From: Candidatus Latescibacterota bacterium
GTDB lineage: Bacteria; Latescibacterota; UBA2968; UBA8231
DNA length: 64,000 nucleotides
Assembly (NCBI GenBank): GCA_965197905.1
Contig: CBDAOB010000004.1
Coordinates: 1,344,001-1,408,000, forward strand
Direction of reading: 5' to 3'
A program made the translations under genes and the position numbers. This document shows positions 10,304 through 21,521 of the stretch, one piece after another. The notes under the pieces were generated by a model that searched no databases, was not told the origin of the DNA, and saw only the letters and a program-made list of their open reading frames with translations. How positions within the stretch are numbered: position 1 is the stretch's first letter; each line of letters opens with the position of its first letter.

Positions 10304-11089
10304 TCAGGCGCTTGCTTCGAATGACAGGTACCCCATCGGCAGAGGGAGAAACTGCTCTTCTTGATTCATTCTAAAGAGATCAAGCATCCTTGATACGTTC
10401 TCATCCCCGATCTCTTCCCATTTCGCTTGTCCCACCCAATATCTAACCACTTTCTTTCCAAGATCTGTAAACTCACTGCCGACTACAAACTCTGCAAACG
10501 GTCTCCGAAAAGGGATATGCCCAAATTTGTGCAGCTTACCTTTCTCGATGGCCCACTTGGACAGTGACTCAGCAGTCAGGTCCAACCCATCCACTCTGTC
10601 CCCGAGCCCGGCCAGACTAGGCAAAATGCTTTGCCTTGAATTCAACAAGATGAAGAGTCTGCCTCCTGGGTCCAAAGCCCCCAAAGCCTTATCCAGGTTT
10701 GATTCACTGTGGCCGTGAGAATACCAAGAGTGGATCGAAAGCACCAAATTGTAGGAGCTCAAATAGTCGTAGGCCAGGAATTCACCCTGATGTGAGTCTA
10801 TCACCGAGAGCGTTAACTTCTGGTCATAAACAACCTTCTTCACAGCTACATTTTGGTTGAAGGAGGGTTCGATGAAACCGAGATTTGCGCCCATCTCCTC
10901 TACCAGCTTCAGTGCGAGCCGTCCGCATTCCCCTCCGAGAAATAGGACCTTCGGAGTCTCCCCGAGATCCTGCAGAGCTTCATGTTGCTGCAACTGCTCG
11001 TAAACCCATGCGGGTTGAGCCAGCAGGTTCCGGTTTACGCCAAAGAGATCGATGTCCTCATCGATGAATCGACTCAGATTGAGACCCAT
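10304..11089 (-). CDS. Class I SAM-dependent methyltransferase-like protein
   Basis: VLFLGGECG motif I variant, YNLVLSIHSWY and LDPGGRLFI; RBS ACAGGAG. Confidence 0.7.
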   Translation of the reverse strand: MGLNLSRFIDEDIDLFGVNRNLLAQPAWVYEQLQQHEALQDLGETPKVLFLGGECGRLALKLVEEMGANLGFIEPSFNQNVAVKKVVYDQKLTLSVIDSHQGEFLAYDYLSSYNLVLSIHSWYSHGHSESNLDKALGALDPGGRLFILLNSRQSILPSLAGLGDRVDGLDLTAESLSKWAIEKGKLHKFGHIPFRRPFAEFVVGSEFTDLGKKVVRYWVGQAKWEEIGDENVSRMLDLFRMNQEEQFLPLPMGYLSFEASA

Positions 11090-11104
11090 TCAGAGCTCCT
11101 GTTT

Positions 11105-11134
11105 CCCCTAATATATGCGCCCCTAATATATGCG
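11105..11134. repeat. Perfect 15-bp tandem duplication (CCCCTAATATATGCG)x2
   Basis: Directly visible. On the minus strand each unit contains TATATT, just upstream of the methyltransferase RBS. Confidence 0.9.
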
Positions 11135-11310
11135 CCGCGGGAACTTGCGCGACTTATATGAGACCAGCCGCTGCATGAAAACGACCGCGCGTGGGCACAC
11201 GCCTGTCCCGGCGCACTGTAGCGCCCGAACTGACCCTCTCTGTCATTATCGGCCACGACCAGAAAAAGCTTGACCGGGAACGCACCCCCTGTGCTCGCAT
11301 ATGGCAGCGA

Positions 11311-12700
11311 CTAGGACTCGAGAATGCAGCGATCGACATCTCGGATGCTCTCAAAGCCCATTTCCATCGCATGATGCATATTCACGTAATTGAAGTCCCC
11401 ATTCCTGCCGGTGCTACAGATGTTCGCAAGGCCTTCTACATAGGAGTGAATGGTCTCAACGTGCCTTTGAAAGCCCGTAAGGTAGAGGGGATATGCGAAT
11501 CTCCAGGAGTACGGGTGCACTTCGGCCACTTCGCCCCGCTTGAACAGGCCTTCCGTCACCATATCCTCTACCACCGTACGGCAGAAGGACTCCTCTCCCT
11601 GATAGGCTTGATCGCCGTACTCGCAGACGGTCTCGGCAATCACGCTGGTCTGATGCTCAGGCGTGACCCGCAAGCCGTGGTTCTTGGGCTCCGACAAGCG
11701 GTTGAAGCGATAGTTCTGGTAGTAGGTGAAGTAGGCAGATCGCACCTGCGGCTTGTCTATCAGTAATCCCACGAGGGCGATAGCGCGGTATCTGAGTGAT
11801 TGGCCTGCATTCAGTACTTCCAGCGGGGCATCCCTGGCCATGCATTCAACCAGGATCGGCAGCGGGATCGTAGAAACGACGTAGTCGGGCTCGCGTTCGA
11901 GTACCTCTCCATTGCACTCCAGCTTCACCGCACGGATCTGCCCGCCTTCCACACGCATTTGCTTGACCTCGGTGTTTAGCAAAACCTCACTCCCAGCATG
12001 CCCAATGACATCCCCGATAGCGGCAAAAATTTCCCCCACCCCACGGCCGGTGTAATAAACTTTCCCAATAACGGTTTCACTGAGAGGATGGGAGTCAACC
12101 AGTTTCGAGAGTCCGAGCTCCTTCAGCACTGTCTTCACGACGCTGAAGACATCTGATCGCGGAATCCGTTGCGATCCAAACGCTTCATCAAGCTCAGCGC
12201 ACGTAACGCCCCAAACCTTGTGTGAGTAGTCCTTGAAGAAGACCTCGTAAAGGGTGCGACCGAACTTCTGGATCAAGTACTCCTCGGCATTTCGCGGCTT
12301 GCTGCGCAGTATGCAGTCGTGCAATAGGACAGACTTCGCAAAACTCATGCCGGCCTTCATTGCCAACGAAGCAGGCAGATTGGCGAACAGGTTCAATCCT
12401 TTGAGCGGATAAGCGAAATACTGTCCCCGGAACTTGATCTCAATTTTGCCGTCTCGCTCATGTTCGAGCAGCCCGGGGCCCAAGAGGCCCTTGACGCGGT
12501 CGAACAGCCAGGGCTTGTCTGTGTGAAAGACATGCGTGCCGTACTCGTAGATGTTGTCTCCGAACGACTTGTGTCCAGCAATGCCCCCAAGTCTGGTCCT
12601 TTTCAACCAAGGTTACATCATACCCTGCTCCGACGGCTTCCCATGCTGCAGCGCATCCACAGGGGCCGCCTCCAAGAACAAGCACACGTCCCTTACTCAT
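11311..12700 (-). pseudogene. FAD-dependent oxidoreductase (protoporphyrinogen oxidase/UDP-galactopyranose mutase-like), frameshifted near 12590
   Basis: VLVLGGGPCG...VEKDQ in one frame and LGGIA...YGTHVFH...GRNGDFNYVNMHH in another. Confidence 0.85.
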
Positions 12701-12767
12701 CTATATCCTCGACTCGCACTTTGAGCGTTTACTCTAGGGAAGGTTTCGGCAACGTGGTGTTAGCAAA

Positions 12768-13532
12768 TCATGTACCGACTCCGCGATATTCCCCTTTCTC
12801 ACTAAACGGACACTTGCTTGTCGAGAGAAGGACCTCGGTCGCGTCGGGACCACGGTTAAACAGAAGATCAACAAAGGCCATATTGGGTTCAAAGCCCTTG
12901 TGCATCTGGGGGTAAACCGGATGTTGATAGTCCTGCCAAGCGAGCTGGATGCCGTTTTCCGAAAGCATCTCCACCTCTAAATATGGCTGGGCACCGTTCG
13001 TCGAGATGTACGCATCGGCTCCCAGGCTCTCACAGATACCGACGATCCGCTCGGTCTTGTGGCCTCCCGCGCTGAGAGAGGACGACAGAATCACTTCCGT
13101 GGCGATATCCAGCCAGTCGCGTGCAGCGCCAATGATCTCCAAGTTCAGATCTATCAAGAAGTTCCAGTCCTGTCCATACAGATCATCGAAGAACGGAAAG
13201 AACATCTCGAAGTATTGTGACTTCTGATAATGCTGCCGAATCGAGGCCAGATGCTTGCGGCGCCAGTTCTGCCTGTTGTCGATCTCAACGTCCCGGATCA
13301 CCTGACCAAAACGTCCCTTAGCCAGAACAGGTACGGTCAGCCAAATCGGTCCCTGAAAACCACGTATCCGATTCCGATTGCGCCACGAGTTCTTGTCGAA
13401 TTGGACATCATCGTACAATACGAACTGGTCACTTCTCGTCATGAGTTCGAAAAACCCTAGATAGGGGACGTACCCAGGCTGGAGAATCGATACAACCTTG
13501 CGGGGCAAGAGCGACGACGCCTTCTCGCTCAT
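12768..13532 (-). CDS. WbqC family protein
   Basis: ILQPGYVPYLGFF, DDVQF, RNRNRI, WLTVPV, HPVYPQ and DLLFN motifs. Confidence 0.9.
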   Translation of the reverse strand: MSEKASSLLPRKVVSILQPGYVPYLGFFELMTRSDQFVLYDDVQFDKNSWRNRNRIRGFQGPIWLTVPVLAKGRFGQVIRDVEIDNRQNWRRKHLASIRQHYQKSQYFEMFFPFFDDLYGQDWNFLIDLNLEIIGAARDWLDIATEVILSSSLSAGGHKTERIVGICESLGADAYISTNGAQPYLEVEMLSENGIQLAWQDYQHPVYPQMHKGFEPNMAFVDLLFNRGPDATEVLLSTSKCPFSEKGEYRGVGT

Positions 13533-13546
13533 TCCTGTCGCTACCG

Positions 13547-14458
13547 TCATTTTGGTGAGACGATCTCGGGTGTTGTCAACACAGAGCAACTCCGCGAAAG
13601 AGCAGGGAAAATCCCCGTCAGAATTACCTCTCCACCATCCCCGCAACAGACGCGTGCCTCATGCCCGGCTTCGGTGAGCAAGAGCACACAACCCGGCTCT
13701 CTGGCGCCCGTGGACTCTTCGGCCATTCGACTTGACTGAACTGTATGATGTTGGCCGTTTGCAGAGAGAGATGCCAGTGGGCGGGGACAGAGACCTCGGA
13801 CCTTGTCGTGGACGACTCGAGCGGGTTGCGACCAATCCAGTCGACGATCCTCCGCGCAAATCCGCGGCGCGAAAGTCGCCTTGGTCTCCTCCTGAACGGT
13901 TCCGCAGAAGTCCGCTGTTTCCGTACGCATGCACAAGTGATCCAGCGCGGCGCCGGCCAAACCCACCAGTGACTCCTGCACGTCACCGAAGGTTTCGTTA
14001 TTGCCGATCGAAACGGTATTCTGCCAGAGTATGTCACCCTCGTCAAAACGATCGCTGAGCAGATGTAGGGTGAGGCCCGTACGGGACTCGCCGTTGATCA
14101 CGGGCCAATGGATCGGCATGGCACCCCGATATTTCGGCAAGAGCGAAGGATGGAGATTCACTGAGGCGAGGCGGCTTGCACCGATTACTGGTGGGGGGAT
14201 CCTCGCGTGGTAGAACCCCACTATGATCAGATCCGGCTCCAGGGCACGGATCAGCGCCTGCAAGGCTGAATCCGTAATGGGCGCATGGCTCCACGGCACC
14301 GCTGCGTCTTCCGCAATCCGCGATGGCAACCAGTCGCTTTGGTATGACTCTTCTCGTGTTACGACCAGGCGGACGTCGAAACGAGGGAGGGCCGCCTGCA
14401 GGATCTGGCCACCAGGATCCGTAATCGAAACACACACAGCGGTAGGTTTCCTGGCCAT
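13547..14458 (-). CDS. Formyltransferase (Fmt/ArnA-N-like), probably a sugar N-formyltransferase
   Basis: NLHPSLLPKYRG, GLTLH and DEGDI motifs; located among amino-sugar genes. Confidence 0.85.
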   Translation of the reverse strand: MARKPTAVCVSITDPGGQILQAALPRFDVRLVVTREESYQSDWLPSRIAEDAAVPWSHAPITDSALQALIRALEPDLIIVGFYHARIPPPVIGASRLASVNLHPSLLPKYRGAMPIHWPVINGESRTGLTLHLLSDRFDEGDILWQNTVSIGNNETFGDVQESLVGLAGAALDHLCMRTETADFCGTVQEETKATFAPRICAEDRRLDWSQPARVVHDKVRGLCPRPLASLSANGQHHTVQSSRMAEESTGAREPGCVLLLTEAGHEARVCCGDGGEVILTGIFPALSRSCSVLTTPEIVSPK

Positions 14459-14472
14459 CTGCGCCACCTCAA

Positions 14473-15633
14473 CTATGACGGGCTCGAAGTGTTGCAGGCC
14501 AACAGCTCACGTGTAGCAGCAACGACGCGCCGAAGCTCCTCTTCGATCATGTCGGGATAAAGCGGCAAAGACAGTATCCGATCCGCGATATGCTCCTACA
14601 CTGGAAGGCAGCAATCGGGGGCGATACGACGGTAGTAGCTCAATCGATGCGCGGCGAGAAAGTGAAGCCCCGTCATTACACCGTGCTCCCGCAGGCCAAG
14701 GATCAGCTCCTCGCGAGTGAGCCGGGCTTCATCATTGAGCTGGATGGCGAAAAGATGCCAAGAGTGCTCTTCGGGACGTGGTCCGCAAGCGGGAAGATCG
14801 ATCCCTCGCACATCGCGCAATTCCTCGAGGTAACACTCTCCGATTCGACGACGTCTATCGTTGATGACCTCAAGCTTGGACAGTTGGACACGTCCGATGG
14901 CTCCCAGCACATCCGGAAGATTCCATTTAAGCGCTGGCTCCACAACGTCGTAGTGGGGCAGCGACTCGTCTCGGTACCGCTCCCAGGCGTCACGCTGTAT
15001 CCCGTGAAAACGCAAGCGCTCTATGCGCACGGCGAGCTCGGAGTCGCGGACCGTGATCATTCCCCCCTCGGCCGTGGTCATGTTCTTGATTGGATGAAAA
15101 CTGAACACCGCAGCATCTCCGTGCGGTTTGCCGATAAGGTTACCCTTGTAACGCGTGCCAGCAGCATGGGCGGCGTCCTCGATCAGGAGCAGGTTGTGCG
15201 AACGGCACAAGTCGACAATCGGATCGAGATCACAGGCCAGCCCCGCAAAATGCACCACGCAAACGGCTCGAGTGCGCTTTGTCAGGGCCGCGGCAATAGT
15301 CTCGCGCGTCGCACAGACCGATGCACGGTCCACATCACAGAAGATGGCCCTTGCCCCGCACATTTCGACGGCGTTCGCGGTCGCGGGCCACGTGATGCTC
15401 GGTACTACGACATCGTCACCGGAGCCGATCCCCAAGGCCTTGTAGGTCAGATACAGTCCCGCTGTGGCGGAAGTGACTGCCCACGCTTGGGTTGCGCTCA
15501 CATACGAGGCAAATTCTGCTTCGAACGCCTTGGTTTGGGCGCCCGTGGTGATCCATCCTGAACGCAACACCTCCAGTACGGCCTCTTCTTCCTGCTGATC
15601 GAAACAGATCCGGCCAAGCTGGATCGGTTTCAT
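14473..15633 (-). pseudogene. DegT/DnrJ/EryC1/StrS (ArnB-like) aminotransferase with an in-frame TAG at 14596-14598
   Basis: SGWITTG, IEDAAHA and SFHPIKNMTTAEGG motifs. After LPV-TAG the same frame continues EHIADRILSLPLYPDM to a stop at 14473. Confidence 0.85.
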
Positions 15634-15636
15634 TCT

Positions 15637-16695
15637 CTACCCGGCTCTCTTTGCCTGGAATCCAGACACGTTTTTGCCAGGAGATCGCATACGGTCATAT
15701 GACAACACAGCGTCAACGGACGGGAGCGAATCCCGGTGGCTCACGAACCACTCCAGGGTTCTCCTGACACCTTCTTCGTCATCGATCTTAGGGGAATATT
15801 CGAGGATCCGACGCGCCTTGCTGATATCGGGAACACGTCTCGGGATGTCTTCGTAACTGAGTCCGTACATCTCTTCCTCATTGATGTACTCGATTTCACC
15901 CTTGCCATGGAGCCGAATGAGAAGCTCAGCCAGGCTCTTGATCGATGTCTCCGCATCTCTGCCGATATTGATCACCTCGCCCTCTGCCTCAGGCACTTGA
16001 CCCGAAGCGATGATTCCATCGACCACATCGTCCACATACGTAAAGCACCTGATCTGCTCACCCGATCCAACCACAGTCAACGGCTTCCCGGCCAGGAGTT
16101 GACCGATGAAGATCGATAGCACACGTCCGGACTCAAGGGAGTCGAGACGGGGTCCATAGGCGTTGAAGAAGCGCAGAGCAACAACACGCAATCCTTTCTT
16201 GGCGAGCGCGAACGCATAGTGTTCACCGATCGCTTTTGAAGTCGAGTAACTCCAGCGATCGATCGACGTCGGCCCCAGCACTCGGTCGCCGTCCTCTCGA
16301 AACGGCACATCCGTTGACCTGCCGTAAACCTCACTGGTTGAGGCAAACACGACCTTGCGACCGTATTTCAAGGCTAGGTCGAACACGAGTTGCGTTCCGT
16401 TTACATTGACGTTGATCACTTCACAGGGATTCGTCACATAATGGTCAACGCCAACCACCGCAGCGAAGTGGTAGCACAGATCGCACTCCCAGATGAGCTT
16501 GTCCATTATGTCCTTGTCCAGCACGCTTCCCCGATACAGGGTAAACCCGGGGCGCTCAAGCAGATGGCCTATCTTGTGTTCGTTCTGGTCCGAAACGACG
16601 TCCAGACAGGACACGCTGTCGCCTCGATCCAGATGCCGCTCCGCGATGTGCGATCCCAGGAAGCCTGCGCCACCTGTGATAAGGATTCGTTTCAT
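15637..16695 (-). CDS. NAD-dependent epimerase/dehydratase (UDP-glucuronate decarboxylase/ArnA-C-like)
   Basis: ITGGAGFLG, STSEVYG, RWSYSTSK, RFFNAYGPR and RCFTYVDD motifs. Confidence 0.9.
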   Translation of the reverse strand: MKRILITGGAGFLGSHIAERHLDRGDSVSCLDVVSDQNEHKIGHLLERPGFTLYRGSVLDKDIMDKLIWECDLCYHFAAVVGVDHYVTNPCEVINVNVNGTQLVFDLALKYGRKVVFASTSEVYGRSTDVPFREDGDRVLGPTSIDRWSYSTSKAIGEHYAFALAKKGLRVVALRFFNAYGPRLDSLESGRVLSIFIGQLLAGKPLTVVGSGEQIRCFTYVDDVVDGIIASGQVPEAEGEVINIGRDAETSIKSLAELLIRLHGKGEIEYINEEEMYGLSYEDIPRRVPDISKARRILEYSPKIDDEEGVRRTLEWFVSHRDSLPSVDAVLSYDRMRSPGKNVSGFQAKRAG

Positions 16696-16697
16696 TG

Positions 16698-18280
16698 TCA
16701 GTCCTCCATCAAGTTGGGTTTGAGACCGCCACGGCCATCGACCAAGGAACGATCAGGGTACCCGATTGGCACCAAACGATCCGTATCGGCTTCTTCGCTT
16801 GCCCGACGACCTCCCAGTCTACCAGCATCTCCTCTCAGCACGTAGGTCCACTGCAAGAAAACCAGCACAGCCAACCAACTCGTCGAGAAGAGCACTGCGA
16901 CGCCAACATAGCGACGCGCTATGGACTCTATCGGCGCGATTTGCGCCATCGTGCACAGAAAGAATCCGACGGCAACAACGCCCAGTAGCAGGATGGTCTC
17001 GTTGCCCATTATGTGTCGGCAAACTCCCGACCACGAATGGCGTCGCCGACGTGCCATGTATCCGATGGGCAGCAGGGACGCCAGCGCAGTGAGAGTTAGT
17101 GCACGCAGCACCCCGCTTTCTTCGTTGAGCAGGGCTGCAGCGGGGAACAGGATCAGGACACTGAGGACCTGATGGTGGAGGTACTCCACCGGGTGGTTCC
17201 AGACTAGGCTCGTGGTAAGGTCTCGGAACGCCCCATGCATTTCAGATTCTGGAGCGCCGGGGGCGATAGACGTCCAGGCTGCTTTCGCCGCAACCATGTT
17301 CCCGCTCCGCCTCGAACCCCAGACGCGGTGCAGGCTATAGCGGTCAATCACTGCCGCCAGCTCTCCCCCCGTCAGCGGAGCAGCGAAGGTACGGAGCTCC
17401 GTTTCCATTTTTTCGCCGCTGATCGGATGTCGGTGCGATGCGACGTAACCATGCTGTTCATGGTGGTCAACGGCCTCCACGATCGCCCGGCCAAGAGGCT
17501 GGATGTGAACAGGTAACTCCTCGACTCGCTCTGCTGACAGGAGATTGATCACGGTTGGGACAACACTCCGCGACACGGGACCACCTTGAGAGGTGTTCGG
17601 CAGGAGCACGGCCATCATACCATGAACGGCAGTGAAGATGCTGGCAGTTAGGAGCAGCAGAATGAGAGACGTTTTCCAGGGTGCAGGGCCAGGCCGCGCA
17701 CCTCGGTCGCGCCAGAGTCCATGGACCAGCACGATCAGGGGAAACAGCCCAAGGAGGAATATGTAGCTGACTCGAGCGGTAGCCGTCAGAACGACAAAAG
17801 CTGCGCACCCTATCCACGGCACCAGCGATTTGGGCTACCGAGCGCCAGGAAGAGGAACGAAATGGCCGTAACGACCAGGCAGACGGCGAGCATGTCAGAG
17901 AGAACTGCACTGTGGTAGTACTGCACCAGACGGGTGAGACAAAGACCGACAGCGGCGGCCAGCCCTTCCCATCCCTTCCCGCCGTAACTGCTGACTGCAA
18001 GACAGAATCCAAGGGCGGACACAAAAAAAGCTGCAACGTGGAAAATGGGCAACCAGGTGAACCGCGGGTCCAGCCAGCTAAACAGAGTGAGAAACGCTGG
18101 CGCTATTAGGGAGCGGCTCCCAAGCACCTCGCGCCAGTTGTCCGCCCGCATGAGATAGCCTGCCGAATCTGGCCAGTACCCGGGCGCATCCACCCCCACC
18201 GACAGCCAATAGGCGAAATAGAACAGCGACAGGCCCAAGCCGAGGCGCACCCGTCTACTGGGTTTTAGAATCCACTGCAT
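16698..18280 (-). pseudogene. Polytopic membrane protein (GT-C/ArnT-like), frameshifted near 17822
   Basis: WPDSAGY...VLSD in 17810-18280; the hydrophobic continuation PWIGCAAFVV...ARVSY is in another frame. Confidence 0.65.
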
Positions 18281-19021
18281 CAGGTTCCAGTCAACTAGTC
18301 AGGCCGCGGACAGGGGACAAGCGGAGGACGATCTATGTTGGGCGCTGCTGTGTCCCCCAACCGTGCGGTAGCTGCCGGGCACGTGTTATCCGGCGATCTG
18401 AGTACCCCGGGCCGGCCGGGACGACAGCACGATCAGGCGGGCGTTTCCCTGCACTCGCACTATTTGTCGCCAAGTGGGCGTCCCACGAATGCCTGCGCCA
18501 AGACCAAGGGTATGCTCTGGCGAGAGCGAGAACCGTGCCATTCTCCAGGCCACTCCCGAACAACGTCAACCAGTGGGTTGAAGTCGCGAATCGTGCATCT
18601 CGTCATTGACACCAGCAGAAGATTCTTCCGTGCCCAGTCTCCTCGGACCCGCCGTGAAGCCGGCGACGTGGCCTGCCGCTCTAGCCGAAGTCATCCCTGA
18701 CTCGAACTGTTGCTCAGAACGTTCCAGTGTGGGTCGGCCAACTGGCTCGGGGACGCCGAACTCCGGGTTTGGGCTGAACAGATCAATTCGTCGGACCATT
18801 CGGTGTACTCGAGCGGCTCGAGAATCACCTTGTCTAGTGACGCAACGATGCCAATTAAATGTAGCATCCAGACACATTTACGCCCAATGATTTTATGCGG
18901 GAATCACGGACATCGACGATCTCTGCTCGGTTCTTCTTCGCGGGGGATGTTCGGCCGTCCTACCTTTGCCAAGCATCGTGTTTCGGGATAGAGGTGCGCG
19001 GCAATCGGTCAAGCTAGGGCG

Positions 19022-19400
19022 ATGGCGGTGGGCGCCGTGGCGCCTGTACGCGGGCGGCTGGCGGCGCCGTACGCGAAGACACGCTGCCCGACTTGGCGCG
19101 CAGCACTGACGGCGATCTACCCCTGGACCAGGTGCCTAATATCTGTTTCCTTGGGCAAGACGGGTGCTGTCCGATCGTCCATGGGCATTCTGCCAGCGAT
19201 CTGTCTCACCTTTGTCTGTGACTCCTCCCGGCTCGAGGTTGTCGCCGCCTCCGCGCCGTGTTTCGAAGTCAAGCAGAGCCGCTATGCCTACCCGATCGAC
19301 GACGGCTCCAAGCGTGGTTGCTGCCTCGAATGTCGGCGCGCACGACCTGATCGACTCGCCGATATGCAATCATATCCTCGCGAGTCGCGAAAAGTGTCGC
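19022..19400 (+). pseudogene. Highly eroded B12-binding radical SAM remnant
   Basis: Collinear fragments across frames: AVGAVAP, EDTLPDLARSTDGDLPLDQVPNICF and SKRGCCLEC. Confidence 0.4.
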
Positions 19401-19413
19401 TCGACAACATCTG

Positions 19414-20913
19414 GTGTGTAGTTTGAAGACCGATGCCTTGAGCTATCGCCGTCAGATCCAGCTCGTGATTTTTTCGGGGTTGGTTCAGGGGCTTTTCTAT
19501 TTGCGAAACATCCTCTTCTTGCCGCTGTTGACGCGCTGTCTGGGAGTTGAGCTGTTCGGGGTATGGAGTAAAATGCATGCCCTGTCCAACCTGGCTACGC
19601 CACTGCTCGGATTGGGGATCATCGCGGGCTTGAGTCGCCTTTTGCCCTCAACCCCACCCGATCGCCGCGGGCCTCTTTTCTGGAGTGCTGGTTCGGTAGT
19701 AGCCGCAAGCGCTGTGCTGGGGGTCGCTTTGCTTTTGTTGCTCCGGCCGCAACTGGTGGAGCTCCTGTACCAAGCCGCTCCCGCAGCTATCTCAGGCAGC
19801 ATGTTGGCCGCCCTCGGCGGGATAGCACTCACCACAGCGCTCGGCCAGATGGCCGTATCGTACTACCGCCTGCTCGATCGGCCCATTCCGTATGGTTGGG
19901 GAACGGTTATGCAGTTGGTACTGCTCCTGGTCGCGCTGGCGGGTTGCTGGTGGATTATTGGCCGTAGCCTGTGGGTACCTCTATATGCATGGATGATCGG
20001 TCCGGGAATTGTCGTGTTGTACCTGCTGTTCAGAATTCGGCAGGAAACAGCGGTGCGTGCGGATGTCATGGGCTTGAGAGAAATGCTCCGATTTGGTGTC
20101 CCTCTGCTGCCAGCGACATTGGTAATTTGGGTCATCGACTTTGCCGATCGCTACCTCATGACATGGTTGATTCCATCTGATGCTGACGCGATCGTAGGCG
20201 TTTATGGGGCGAACTACGCCTTTGGGGGAATCGTCGTAATGGCCTTTGGACCGTTCTTCCTCTTCTACACTCCCGCGGTCACCAGGCTCTGGGATCGGGG
20301 CGACCTGGCAGAAGTCGGGCATTTGACCCGACAGACCGTGAAATACGCCGTCATCGTCGCCGTACCCATACTGTTTGCCGCACCGCTGCTGGGAGGCAAA
20401 GGAATCCGACTGATCGCCGGCGATCAATTTCAGGCGCACCAAACGGTGATTGGTCTCATCATGCTGGGCTACTTCCTGTACATGCTGGGAGTTTTCGCCC
20501 AAACGCCCCTCCTCATGGAGAAGCGTTCGTGGGCTGTATTTGGGATTACCGGCATCGCTGCAGTAATCAATGTGTGCCTGGGGTATCTGCTGATTCCGTT
20601 GCCACCTCCGTGGGGTCAGATGCAAGGGGCAGCCTTGGCAACTGTATGTAGTTTCACGCTCTTCCTCCTGGCCAATTGCTACGCCACACGAAAGGTGTCG
20701 CTGGGATGGCGTTGCTTGGCGGGAATCGCGGCAATCGCCATGTTGGCTGCTTCGATCGTGGTGGTTTGGACCCCTCGCAGCCCTGTTTCATGGGGAGCAA
20801 GCATCCTCGTGGCCGGCGCATTCTACTGCGCGGGGCTGTTGACCACGGGAATTGTCAGGCGGAGTGAACTGCGGGCGGCGGCAGCAGCCGTACGCGGCTT
20901 GGTGCGGGAGTAG
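19414..20913 (+). CDS. Oligosaccharide flippase (Wzx/polysaccharide biosynthesis protein)
   Basis: About 12-14 TM helices; LPLLTRCLG..FG, ADRY, VGVYG and GAALAT motifs. Confidence 0.85.
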   Translation: MCSLKTDALSYRRQIQLVIFSGLVQGLFYLRNILFLPLLTRCLGVELFGVWSKMHALSNLATPLLGLGIIAGLSRLLPSTPPDRRGPLFWSAGSVVAASAVLGVALLLLLRPQLVELLYQAAPAAISGSMLAALGGIALTTALGQMAVSYYRLLDRPIPYGWGTVMQLVLLLVALAGCWWIIGRSLWVPLYAWMIGPGIVVLYLLFRIRQETAVRADVMGLREMLRFGVPLLPATLVIWVIDFADRYLMTWLIPSDADAIVGVYGANYAFGGIVVMAFGPFFLFYTPAVTRLWDRGDLAEVGHLTRQTVKYAVIVAVPILFAAPLLGGKGIRLIAGDQFQAHQTVIGLIMLGYFLYMLGVFAQTPLLMEKRSWAVFGITGIAAVINVCLGYLLIPLPPPWGQMQGAALATVCSFTLFLLANCYATRKVSLGWRCLAGIAAIAMLAASIVVVWTPRSPVSWGASILVAGAFYCAGLLTTGIVRRSELRAAAAAVRGLVRE

Positions 20914-21521
20914 ATCCGGTTCCGCCGGTTGCCTCGAATAGCACGTAGAAGCGCCGTTTGAGCAGAAACTCTGCGATCTGTGGAACCGTTGAACCGCGCC
21001 GGCTGTTTTTCGCGATTCCCTCTCGAGATGCTACTGACCAGCACGTGATCGATTGCTCGGCCCCAAAAGCGCTCCCGAAACGGAAAAATATGCCGATATT
21101 TGGCGTGAGATGGCATTCCTTGCCAGATGCCGCCTATTCCGATGAACAACCCCAGGCTTGCAGGAGAGTAATAGTAGAGTGAATGACGGCGACATGTCTG
21201 CAGACGCTATCCGCCAGATTCAGCGGGCAACTCGATGCGCGGAGTGCGGTTGGCCAAGCTAAGTGGCGGGACTCGGAATGGGATTTGCTCCCTCAACTGA
21301 GCGAGTCTGCCCTGTGAATTCTCCACGCGCTGCTGCGATCCAAGAAACATCGTTTCATCGCGATGGGTCGTTTCGGCGGTTCCGGTCGCGCAAATCCTTT
21401 GACTCTCCAACCCTCCAGCTCATAGTGGGGAAGCCGTTAGATGCGGCTGCACCCAAATCAACAGGTGACTATTGCGTGGATGGCGCACCAGGCCAACCGC
21501 GGTGACCGCCGTTCGAACCGC

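Noticed and set aside
14596..14598. Pyrrolysine or genetic-code reassignment of TAG
   Set aside because: TAG is the normal stop for many genes here (e.g. nfuA, parA, flippase), and no pyl genes are in the window.
12580..17830. Programmed ribosomal frameshifting at the oxidoreductase and GT-C breaks
   Set aside because: No convincing slippery heptamer plus structure was seen, and these families are not known to recode. Mutation or sequencing error is simpler.
20914..21520. Short ORFs in the gap after the flippase
   Set aside because: No motifs, RBS or coherent composition.
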